Assembly (NCBI GenBank): GCA_964016885.1
Contig: OZ024744.1
Span: 62,930,001 to 62,994,000, forward strand
Reading direction: 5' to 3'
Length of the DNA: 64,000 nucleotides
From: Eledone cirrhosa
Taxonomy: Eukaryota
Shown here: positions 11,895-23,430 of the stretch, piece after piece
How positions within the stretch are numbered: position 1 is the first letter of the stretch
Layout of the letters: the number at the start of each line of letters is the position of its first letter
The notes under the pieces: model-generated
The model's database searches: none
What the model saw: only the letters and a program-made list of their open reading frames with translations
Told to the model about the DNA's origin: nothing
Position numbers and translations under genes: made by a program

Positions 11895-13063
11895 CTTGGA
11901 ATATATATATAAACATCATATAGATGGTAAATATATATACATATATACAAATTAACATTATAAAGATACTGAATATTTTTCACTCTGACTTTCTAGAATT
12001 TTCCAAAGCAATATGTTGTGTGAATTGGGTTTTTAGAATAGATATACTGTATCCCTGCATGTCGTAAGGGGTGATGAAAGGATTGGTATCAAGAAAGGCA
12101 TCTAGTTGTAAAACATTGTCTCAAAACATCACGTCCAACTCATGCCAGCATAGGAAAATGGACGTAGAAATGACAGAGAGAGAGAGAGAGAGGGAGAGGG
12201 GAGACATGTCGGCAGACAGACAGGCATGCAGGCAGCCAGACACTGAGAGAGAGAGAGAGAGATAGACAGAGAGAGATAATTTTAAGGCCATTTTCCTAGC
12301 GGACCCCATGACAAACTTAATACTCATTGTGGTCTTTTTCGAAGCAATATTTTACAAATGGATACCCTTCTTGATACCAACCCTTTCAATTACATTTTGT
12401 AATATGCATGTATACACTGTACCTACTTTAAAGTAGATACACAGCTACATCATCATCATCATTTAACATATACTTTCCCTGGTAGCAAGGGTTGGACGGG
12501 TCTTCACAGACCAAGTCTGTACTGAAGCAGGGCTCCTGACATACCAAACAGGGTGGGGGTTTACATCTTGCTTACATACAGTTCCACAATCTACTAAGAG
12601 CATATTATCATGGCACCAACACTAGGGAGATTGTCATGTTTTTGACACAAATGAAGGGTCCCCCAACTCTTCCTTTGACAAGCTTTCTATGGTTGGATGC
12701 CCCTCCTATTATCAACCACTTTACAGCGTGTACTGAGTGCATTTATTGAGCAGATCACCAACACTACAATAGTTAAAAATATAAGCTATTAAAATAGGTT
12801 CCGGGAACAAAGTTACATATTAACATTTCTGAATATTTTAACATTTTTAATACCATACCACCCCTGATTCTACAATATGTAACTATTTGTTTTGAAGTGT
12901 TTATATTTATCTAAAAACCATTGAAGAACTTTTGTTAGGTTATGCTCCAAACACCAACTGAGTAATGAAAATTAATTCCTTAAACATAAGCAGTATATTT
13001 GATTAGAAATATCTTAGAGTTAATAAATACAAAAAAAAAAAGAATAAATAAATAAAATCTCAC

Positions 13064-13248
13064 CTCTAAGTAGGAAACACCAGCAGTGAACTGTACATCT
13101 CTCGTTGAGAATTCCGCAAATATATCAGTAAGAACTCTTGGAATTATTCCTCTGGTTTCTTGAGGTATGTTAATATCATATGCACCTCCCATTGTATAGG
13201 TCTTGCCACTGCCTGTTTGGCCATAGGCAAGAACTGTTGCATTATAAC
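13064..13248 (-). CDS. KIF4A: KIF4A-like exon 2 (P-loop)
   Basis: [24 protein letters not shown]...VSYLE; TAG acceptor, GTGAG donor; 185 nt, phase 1 to 0. Confidence 0.95.
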
Positions 13249-14852
13249 CTAGAAACAAAAATAATTTTTGTTAAGATAATTACGTAAATGAAAAATTCAC
13301 AAATCCCACCTATGCAGGTTTAGCTGGCCTCATAATAGGTTGTATCCCAGAGTTTTCTCAAATGTTTTAACGATAAAGGTCCCTAATCCTAGTATGTTAT
13401 TACAGCTCACACCTAACTAGAAAGAATAGAAGAAAAAAGGGGAACAAGAAACAATATCAGGAAGATGAAAATAAGAGCTTTGCACAGTTTCTACAATATG
13501 AGGATCAAGTGTGTGGGGTTCTGGATTGTAAAGAGTATATGTGCGAGAACTGTGTGTACAAAATGATAATGAGAGAATTAGTTTAGATGAGGTGTTTATC
13601 ATCTTACAGTAGCAACAAAATGGAAAAGGAGGAAAAATACTGAGTGTGCATGTATGCGCACACACCATTGCATTTGCCTTTGTAGCGAGCTACCTTCCTG
13701 AGCGCATGGATACCTTTTTCCCCGTGCATAGTTTGGCCTAGTTCAGCCAATCGCTACCAGCGTAGGGAAATGTATCTCAACTTCCGCCCCAAAGGAGAAA
13801 TTCCCGCTTCTTTTCGATAAACTTTCTCTTTGCATCTAGACCCTGTCAAGGTAATACCTCTTGATTTTGTTCTTCAAACATTCCAAAATATAGCTACCGG
13901 ACTTACCACGGCCAGGCTTCTTACTTCAGCCATCTGACCGCGTCTTCTTTTACATCTTAATTTGTCTATTCATTTCTTATGGTATGCCAGCTAAACCTTT
14001 GTAATCGGTTTGTAAATAAATTATATATTAAAAACATTATAAAGTTGTATGATGCTATTTACCACAACATTGCTTTTAACTGCTTCAATGGTGACTTCTG
14101 TGATACAGTACAAAAATACATACATTCTCAACATACATATATATATCATCTATTAACTTCTAACATACTATCTTCTAAACCTTCAAGCCAACACCACTTA
14201 AACAACCATTGCAGTTTATTGATATGCTGAAGCTTAATGGATGAAAATCTTTTTTTCATGTATAAAAAAAAACAACACCCATAACCCCTTGAAAATGGGC
14301 TTAACTTGTGAGCGGGGGGGGAAATAAGTTAGCTTCAAATCAGAGACCTGGCTCAAATTCTTGTGAGTGGACTCGGCCAAAGGTGCCTGAAGGCCAGATG
14401 GTGATAAACCGGATGACAGTGTTAACAGCCATGTGGTGGTGTTAAACTGGAACACAAATGGTAACATTAAACTAGGTGACATAGCAAGTCTCTACCACAC
14501 AAGGACTAGCTGGTGGTTTTAAACTGGGTGACATTAAGTTTTTATTGTCAGATGGCAGAGTTAAACCTGATGATAGAAACAAACAATTTCACAAAGATTC
14601 TTCCAAAACAAATACAAAACCAAAGTGAGTGAGTGAGTGTGATGTTTCCTTGAAAAAAAAAAAAAAATAAAATAAAAATATATATATAGTTATACTTTGG
14701 GAGTGCCATATAGCCAATAAAAACACAGCAGTTGAGTTACACTTAGGTTTCAATAGTCAGATACTCCTAAAGTGAAACAATATTTGTTTCAACATAGGAT
14801 TTCACACAAAGAATCTTGTAAAAAAATTAAAAAAATGAAGAAAAAGTCTCAC

Positions 14853-15069
14853 CTAAAAATAGGTCTTTTATCAATGGTTTTACAGCTTCCTCATACAAAG
14901 AAGCTTGAGATACTTCAGGTGGAAAAACATAATTAAAAGAAAACATCTTTTTCCGTAGACAGATACTGGATCCTTGACTAGGAAAATCCACGCAGGGTTG
15001 ACCACCTTCTTCTGTTTCTTTGTTGTTCAATGGTCGACAACGGATTGCTACTTTCACTGGAATTGCCAT
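14853..15069 (-). CDS. KIF4A: Kinesin-4 (KIF4A-like) coding exon 1
   Basis: MAIPVKVAIRCRPLNNKETEEGGQPC...LIKDLFL matches the KIF4A N-terminus (IPVRVALRCRPL). Donor G|GTGAG at 14852, phase 1. A TAG acceptor 2 nt before the ATG implies an upstream non-coding exon. Confidence 0.92.
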
Positions 15070-15179
15070 TTCTAGAGAGAAAATATATACAGGGTTGCTC
15101 AGATCTTTGAGGAGTTTTGCATGAATTTAATGAAAGATGCATAAGTCAAGAAAGAATAGCTTTATTTGAGAGAAAATTA

Positions 15180-15870
15180 GCTTGGATAATTGTGCGACTT
15201 TTTAATGAATCAATAGCATCAATGACTGCTTCAATATGAGGTCTGAAACGTTGACATGCCCAAATCAGATAACCTATTTTTGGGTATTATGCTTGTCATG
15301 GTAGACTTCAGAGATTTTACAGTGTTATGGGGGAGGGGGGCATTCATTCCCTCTTGACTATATATATATGGATTGGTTATGCACTAAAAAAACAATTATA
15401 ATTATGTATGTGTGTTTGTGCGCGTGTGCGTATATATATATATAGTTGGGGTGGCGTGATTGTGGAGATTGTAATCCATCTGTACTTGGAGAGTGCAGTG
15501 TTGGTAAATGTAGTCTTCCTTCACTCAAGCTCTCACAACACTCCTTAACACCTTATAGTCAGTAAGATTGACTTATGCCTTGAGAAAAGAAGTGGAGACA
15601 TGACATCGCCCTCATTGCTCACAAATCCAAGAGCCATCACAGTTGTCGGAAACTGTGCAACATGAGACAACTTTAGAATCTTTTTCATCCTGATCAAAAT
15701 TTTTCTCATAAGAAAATCAAAGCATTCCAATCAGTTATCGTTTGGATTTACACACATGAATTGGCCTCTCCACATCACATGATTTGTATCAAAGGTCTTC
15801 ATACACAATTCTTCTGAAAGTGTGCCTTAAAATTTCGAGTTCCTTAGCAATGGTGCTAATTGACTGTTTA
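15180..15870 (-). mobile_element. Degraded Tc1/mariner (maT-like) transposase remnant
   Basis: QFPTTVMALGFVSNEGDVMSPLLF (15545-15730) and ACQRFRPHIEAVIDA (~15215-15265) resemble Tc1/mariner catalytic and C-terminal motifs. Confidence 0.6.
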
Positions 15871-16688
15871 AATGCTAAAGGGTTAAGTTAACAATAACAA
15901 TATTTGCTGAGTTAGCTTCATCTCTATCATCATTTATGTGAAAAGAAATGATAATCAGAACAAGTAAGGAAAATTTCAGAGCTATTAAAAGATGTGTCTC
16001 AAAGAACTGAGCAAGCCTGTATGTATATACCATCATCACCGGTTTACCTCCATTCTTCCATGCTAGCATGAGTTAGACAGGTTGTCCTGTTGTGAGCAGT
16101 GTCCGGTCGGCTGACCTTGTCTTGCTCATGCGGGAACTGATTCTGGCTCGATTTCTACAGCTGGACATGCCCTTCCTAACACCAACCTCATTTACAGTGA
16201 GTGCTGGGTACTTTTTTTACCATGGCGCCTACACGTCCACTATACAGTGTGGTGGTGTGCCAGACGGCCGTGGCTGGGAAGACGTGGGAAGAAGCAGCTC
16301 CTGCACCTCCACGCTGTGAGGGCATTGGAAGCTCGACGAGTCAAGCCAGCGCAGGTGAGGTGGTGGAAGCAGCCTCACCCCAAACAGTTCCGGCCCCTCT
16401 TCTGTTTGTTTGTGGTGCCGCAAGTGCTGCAGGTGTCGATTTGGAGGGGTGGGGGTGGGGCACCGAGCGGCTGGCTGGCGTGTGTGGGTGGAAGGGAAAG
16501 TGCTAATAAGAGGGCCTCATAGCTCACCTATATCAGATATAGAGGTGTCAGAAAACAAGAGAGAAAAGAAGGGGCTGCATGGAGGGGGACACACAGGAAG
16601 GTAGAATGTTCTGGATTTTCTTAGGAGAAGCAACATTTTTTCGTTCAATTTAATTATGTGGTATGCTTGCAACTTTTCACTTTTAGTG

Positions 16689-18516
16689 TGTAGCGGTTGT
16701 CTCCCTTGTTTGGATTAAACATCTAGACGGGAAGTAGAACCCTTTCTGCAACTTCCGGTCAGAACCCTATAAAACTAACAACTTTAGGTTCTCACTCTCT
16801 CATTGCCCTTCCGACGCCCTGGCTTTAGCCAGGCGTCCTCTGCCAGCCGCGTTTGCCTGGCAATCAAAACGGTAACGACTAACTTTGTTTCATTCTATCA
16901 TCCATTACTTTGACATGTCAACTATACTATCTACCATTGTTAATTAAATATCATACACACCAACAATGTATTCCTTGTTACATTCATGCAACCCAGTATC
17001 TTCGCTATATTGGTGACCCCGACGTGATAAAGTTTTACTTCATAGAAGTCATATATATATGTTTCTCGTTTCTTACAACGAACACTTTCAAAACAAAAAA
17101 ACAAAAAACAAAAACATTTCACGATATATATATGTTTCTCGTGTCTTACAATGAACTCTTTCAAAACAAAAAAAAAAAAAAGAAATTTGATATTCTTTAA
17201 AAAACATTTCAACAGGAACATTTATTTTCGATGAACCATTGCCTTTTTGTTCATCGTTTTCTTCATCATTCAAGTTTTTTTTTTTTCCTAAAGTTCACAC
17301 CAATAATTATGCTGAGTGAAGCCTTTCTTTTTCATCATTGTCACTTTCAAAATTGCACTATCATTTTCTCGCGCGTTAGAAATATTATTTTTTTCAACCT
17401 TGTATTGGCACGTGTAGGCAGCACAAATTCTCGATTCACAGAGATGTCTCTACTCACAGACATAGCCGCACGCCAGAGATAACATTTCTCGCCATGGATT
17501 CTTCAGCCTTAAGCTATATTCTTCTATTGGCCGGTTTATAAATTTACAATGTAAATTTACCGTTGATAACCGCGCATTTATTGGGAATGCTTATTTCTCT
17601 GGTCGCTTGCCTCTTGACCCTTCCAGGTCAACGCATTCTCAACATCGACCATCAACTTCGGTTGCTATTTCTAGCACTTTGCGCAACTCATTTTTTCTAA
17701 AAAAAATTTTATTTTTACTGTGAATTTAAACACCGAATACGCTCACTCAGCGAGACAACAGCAGCAGCAATACATCAACACAGATTCACCAACAACCAAA
17801 GCCAGATAATTTATTTTTGCAGCACTCTTCCTGTGAGAAAATCCATTCGGAGGTTGGAAATTTCACGATATACCACAGAACAGAAACCACCTGCATTCAT
17901 TCTCTGGAACACACTTTCTTTCCTGCTGTCAAGTGATTGCACACCTGTGAACTATATTTTGAACTTTGAGCTCTTCTCTTACTTTTACTTTATTACATTG
18001 TATCTTTGGGTGATGGATAGATGGATGTCCAGTCGTTCTCTGGCCAAGAGCGGTTGGCTACCTTGATATCTATCATTGATTTTTCCAAACATTCTTTTGT
18101 CGTAATTTTCATGCCTGTTACAACATTCTTGCCAACTTGCTACATATTTTCATTTCGATTTTTATACACTAAAATTCTGGCGGGAGGTTATGTAGCGGTT
18201 GTCTCCCTTGTTTGGATTAAACATCTAGACGGGAAGTAGAACCCTTTCTGCAACTTCCGGTCAGAACCCTATAAAACTAACAACTTTAGGTTCTCACTCT
18301 CTCATTGCCCTTCCGACGCCCTGGCTTTAGCCAGGCGTCCTCTGCCAGCCGCGTTTGCCTGGCCTGGCAATCAAAACGGTAACGACTAACTTTGTTTCAT
18401 TCTATCATCCATTACTTTGACATGTCAACTATACTATCTACCATTGTTAATTAAATATCATACACACCAACAATGTATTCCTTGTTACATTCATGCAACC
18501 CAGTATCTTCGCTATA
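16689..18516 (+). mobile_element. Non-autonomous LTR retroelement (TRIM/LARD-like)
   Basis: LTRs 16689-17009 and 18191-18516 (TGTAGCG...CGCTATA) look identical except a 5-bp duplication. 4-bp TSD AGTG. PBS TGGTGACCCCGACGTGAT (tRNA-Trp) at 17011-17028. Purine-rich GGCGGGAGG before the 3' LTR. No recognisable ORF. Confidence 0.93.
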
Positions 18517-19189
18517 AGTGCTTGTATTAATTTGTTTGGAAGAAAATAGACCTTTGTTATATTTTAACGTGTACTTTCTGATCCTTTTCCTCACCATGAC
18601 TATATGCTGCAAAGCATGTTACCCAACACTTTATCAATTCTGCCAATCCACATAATAATTGTTTCTACTTTAGGCACAAGGCCAGCAATTTGAAGGGAAG
18701 GGGAAAGTCGATAAATCAACCCCAGGGCATTACTGGTACTTTATTTTGTGTGTGGGTGGAAGGGAAAGTGCTGGTAAGAGGGCAGCATAGCTCACCTATA
18801 TATATGGAGGTGCCAGAAAACGAGACCGAAAAGGGGCTGCATGGATGGGGAGACACAGGAAGGTAGAATGGCAGTAAATGAATGAGTGAATGGATGGATG
18901 GATGTACACAAAAAAAAGGGGTTGCTCCCAGCGGAAAGACCCAGAGTTCAGCACGCACACATGCGAGCAACTGAGCAGTTTGTCATGGACGATATTCTCA
19001 ATGGACGCGCTTACAATATCTGAATATAACTGAACATTCGTGTCATTTAATTTGAAAAGTGGAGCAAAGTAAAAGGACGAAGTCCACGTGCACCATAGCT
19101 TCCGGCCTAACTAAATACTTTCAATGTTGAAAGTAAATTTACGCAATATTTTTCTACATAAAATCCCTGATCGTTCTGCTGCCTCTCAT

Positions 19190-19511
19190 TGAAAGGCAAT
19201 GTGCAAATGGATCGATGATCCATACAGATGAGTGGCGGGCATACAATCAAATACCAAATTTGCCTGGTCGTTATACACATCTGACTGTCAATCATTCGCA
19301 GCATTTCGTTGATCCCATATCAAGTACACACACGCAAAATATTGAGGGGACGTGGTCTCATGCCCCAAAAAAACTGAAATGCATCAATGGTACCAGCCGA
19401 CCACTATTTCAGTCGTATTTAAGGGAGTTTGAGTGGCGATTGCGCAATGTTACGTATCCAACTGGTGAAGGTAAATGTTTCGAAAAAAATTTAAACTGTA
19501 TATCGCAATAA
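19190..19511 (+). mobile_element. Merlin (IS1016/IS1595-like) transposase C-terminal fragment
   Basis: IHTDEWRAY...HLTVNHSQHFVDP...HTQNIEGTWS...SYLREFEWR is the ISXO2/Merlin DDE signature; TIRs not found. Confidence 0.85.
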
Positions 19512-20972
19512 TATATTGTTTAAAGAAAAAAAATACTGTATATCGCAGTAATGTTTAAAGAAATTTTTTTTCTGTTGTTAAAAACTAAATCTGTTTTAAA
19601 AAAAAATGTATTTCGCAACAATATTTTTCTGTTAAAAACTGTAAATAAATATTCATGTAAAAATGAAGCATAGTTTTTCTCTGAAAAACTGTAAATAAAT
19701 ATTTATTTTGTCCAAAAAAAATCAATCAAAATCTAATTTTCTCTGTTAATATTTTAATAAATATTTATTATAAATATTCAATGTTTTTCCGTGTAAAAAT
19801 GAAGCATGTGTAAGATACTGAATATGTAAAAATCAAGCAGCAACAGCTGATGACGTGACGTATCGTGTAGTGGGTGGAGCTAATAACTGATTGTCGATGA
19901 TGATCATTTAGGACTCTAAAACCAAGTATCGCCAATGTTTGTTTAAAAAAAAAAAAAGTAATTTTACTGAAGGAAAATAAACGGCACAGCAACTGTAGCT
20001 GTATAAATTATACGCGGCAGTCAACAGGTTACACACACATATATATATATTTATATAATTGTTTCTACTTTTGGCCCAAGGCCAGCAATTACCGCCAGTA
20101 CATTACTGGTACTTTATTTTATCGACCTCGTAAGGATGAAAGGCAAAGTTAACCTCGGTGGGAATTGAACTCAGAACGTAAAGGGCCATATAAAGAATGA
20201 AACAAAGGAAAAGAAAAAGCGAGAAGAAAGTAAGCGATCATATAAAAAAATGGGCACTACAACGCTATTAGCTGTCAGTCGTGAAAACAGGCGGAAGGTG
20301 ACGTCATTCGTCACCGTTTATTTCCGTATTACTACCACGCGTAAGTGGAGTTTTCACGCGTTTTTTTATTTTTTTTATTAAAGCATATCGATGTAAGTGG
20401 AGTTACAAGCACTCATACACACACATGCACACTCACACGCATAGATAAAGACCAGCCGTATGAATAATTGTTTCTACTTTTGGCACAAGGCCAGCAATTA
20501 TCCCAGTACATTACTATGAATAAATGAATACAAATTAAAAGCGGCTGAGAGACAACAGAATATATCTGTTTATTGGTATTTGACTGCTATTTCTAACATG
20601 TATGGACACTTTAGAAATAGCAGCGAAAAACGGAAAGAAAGACACACACGTCTATATAACATCCATACACACACACACACACGTAATATGTTTTTTTTTC
20701 TCATATTCATTGTATATAAAATATGTCAAAGTTGTAATGATAATAGAATTTAGAAATGAAAATCTGTTTAACCCGCTTTTACCCGGGAGATTTGGTTCAC
20801 TGATAATTTTTTTCGGGGGTATGTGCTACCCAAATGAACTGTCTCCCCCTATTGGGGAAAATCGATTAACTTTTAATTTACAATTGTGATAACATTTTAC
20901 GTTTTTATTGTATGTAAACTCCTCCCGTTGTACCCATGTGGCTAATAAAGAAACATATCTATCTATCTCTCC

Positions 20973-21007
<35 letters not shown>

Positions 21008-22229
21008 CAATACACACGATAGATAGATAGTTATATATATAGTTAGATATAGATAGATAGATGTACAACACACACACATGATATATAGATAGTTATATAT
21101 AGAGAGTAGACCACCCGTGACCCGTTGGGTCATGTTCACTTTAAAATTTTTTTTTTTTAAATCGTGTTCACTTAAAAATAATTTTTAAATAATAAAAATA
21201 TACAGACATGTATATAATGTGGAATGAAACTGGAAGGCCTATATATATATATGTTAGGAAGGGCATCCAGCTGTAGAAATCAAGCCAGAATCAGTTCCCG
21301 TCCCACCCTTGCAAGCAGGGAAAAAGTGGACGTTAAATGAAATGATGATGATGATGATGATATGGCGGCTGCCAACTCGTTTTCGAGTACGGCCACTACT
21401 TTATATCCATGTAGGAGAACTCCTACCGATGCGCTGAACGAGTGCGACTTTTTAGTCCAGCCAGCGACTTGAAAACTCTGGTACAAACACTACACTTGTG
21501 ACAATTATTGACACAGTGCTGGGCCCATGGTACCATGGTACCATGTGACGACAAGTGCAGAGAGATCTCCAGATACAAAGCAATGCCTGTGCCGTGAAGC
21601 TTTTATAGTGAGCAAAGGCACTGCCCACTCTCTTAACCAAGATGATATTTACCAAAAAGAAGAACAAGTCAACATCATTGGATACCATCATGGTTGCAGG
21701 TGTTATATCAGAGTTTTCCTTCTCCTAGAATTCTGCCTTGACAAAGGCTAAGGGGTCATCTCTCCCGGTGATTTTGGATGGCCATTGACTCTTAAGAGCT
21801 CCTTTGCCCTTTGACAGGTTTTGTTTTTAGTCCTGCAGGATGTCCAAAGTCACCCTCCTCACCAAGAAACCTTGGTGAGGTTGCCAGTTTAGTCGTATAT
21901 ATATATATATACACACACAACAGCACTACCAGCTCTCTTCCATTTTCATTCTCTGTCTCCTCTCCTTTTTGTCTCTCTTTCAATCTACTCTCACAACCAC
22001 TATCTCTTTCTATCTTTTTCTCTCTTTGTTTACTTTGTTTATGAAGGCACCAGGAAAAACCCCATATGTCGGGAACCCGCGGTCCGATTTACGCGAAATT
22101 TGTTTTGTTCCATTTGTATTCCCATTTCAGAGTCAACTTCCTTTCAAAGTATTTTCCCATTATGCGCCCTTTTGGCTGTATTACATTACAGATAAGCAAG
22201 CAAGCAATCAATCACAGACTTTTAGTATT

Positions 22230-22628
22230 ATAAAAAATGTATACACCATTCTAATATATATAATGCCTGTACAGGTAATCAAAGTGTGTATACATTTTTC
22301 GGCGACACCATATATATATATATATACCGGGGTCCCTAAAAATGTATACACCATTCTAATATATATATATTGCCTGTACAGGTAATCAAAGTGTGTATAC
22401 ATTTTTCGGCGACACCATATATATATATATATATACCGGGGTCCCTAAAAATGTATACACCATTCTAATATATATATTGCCTGTACAGGTGATCAAAGTG
22501 TGTATACATTTTTCGGGGACACCATATATATATATACCGGGGTCCCTAAAAATGTATACACCATCCTAACAAATAATGCATGTATAGGCAATCAAAGTGG
22601 GTATACATTTTTGGGGGGACAACCTGTA
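22230..22628. repeat. Tandem array of ~4 Tc1/mariner-like mini-MITE units
   Basis: ~100-110 bp unit CCGGGGTCCCTAAAAATGTATACAC...GTGTATACATTTTTCGGCGACACC, separated by (TA)n. Confidence 0.75.
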
Positions 22629-22820
22629 TAATCACAAATATGAACATATATATAGAGAGAGAAAGTGTGTGCAAGCAAGCAAGCAATCAAGATCAGAGTT
22701 TTAGTAGTATATAGATAGATAGATAAGAGATATTTATTTAATGTCTCATAAAATAATACAACCAGCTATCCACGAAATACTGATTAGTTAGCACTCCAAA
22801 CACTAAATTGGGATAATACA

Positions 22821-23430
22821 GTGGCCCTTAAAAGGGCCAAATTAGAAAACAAGTCATGGTTATCAAATAAATTGGATTTAATCATTTATATTTTCATAGT
22901 CATGGTTATCAATGTAGAAAACAAGTCATTTTCACCAACAGTGGAGTTAACTTAAATGAAAATATAGGTGGCCCTTAAAAGGGCCAAATTGTTAATGGAA
23001 TTAACCATCGCGATCTTTCCATCGCTACCGCTACTACAGCAGATACCATCAATCTCCATGGGGACTGTCTCTTGTCTCCATGTGGACTGTATCCATGCTT
23101 TTGAATAAGGTTGGTGAAAAAAATTTGTTTTCTAATTTGGCCCTTTGAAGGGCCACCTATATTTTCATTTAAGTTAACTCCGCTGTTGGTGAAAATGCCT
23201 TGTTTTCTACATTGATAACCATGACTATGAAAATATAGTTCATGGTATTAGCTGTCAGAAGTAACTCCACTGTTGGTGAAAATGACTTGTTTTCTACATT
23301 GATAACCATGACTATGAAAATATAAATGATTAAATCCAATTTATTTGATAACCATGACTTGTTTTCTAATTAACTTAAATTTGTTTTCTAATTTGGCCCT
23401 TTTAAGGGCCACCTATATTTTCATTTAAGT
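22821..23430. repeat. Foldback repeat with four GGCCCT-N4-AGGGCC stem-loops
   Basis: 22841-22949 pairs with 23262-23370, and 22888-22990 pairs with 23134-23237. Stem-loops at 22823, 22970, 23139 and 23395. Confidence 0.85.

Noticed and set aside
16092-16604. Cluster of overlapping GC-rich ORFs
   Set aside because: Lies in SINE/repeat sequence partly repeated at 18750-18870; no recognisable protein.
20255-20262. CACTACAA as a CACTA/EnSpm terminus
   Set aside because: Flanks GGG and CCC are inverted rather than a 3-bp direct TSD, so the repeat extends beyond CACTA.
21362-21895. Possible RTE 5' UTR with HDV-like ribozyme (related segment at 6220-6455)
   Set aside because: The repeat similarity is visible, but no nested double pseudoknot could be drawn by eye.
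22230-22628. Possible CRISPR-like array
   Set aside because: Units are near-identical with no unique spacers, and the context is eukaryotic.
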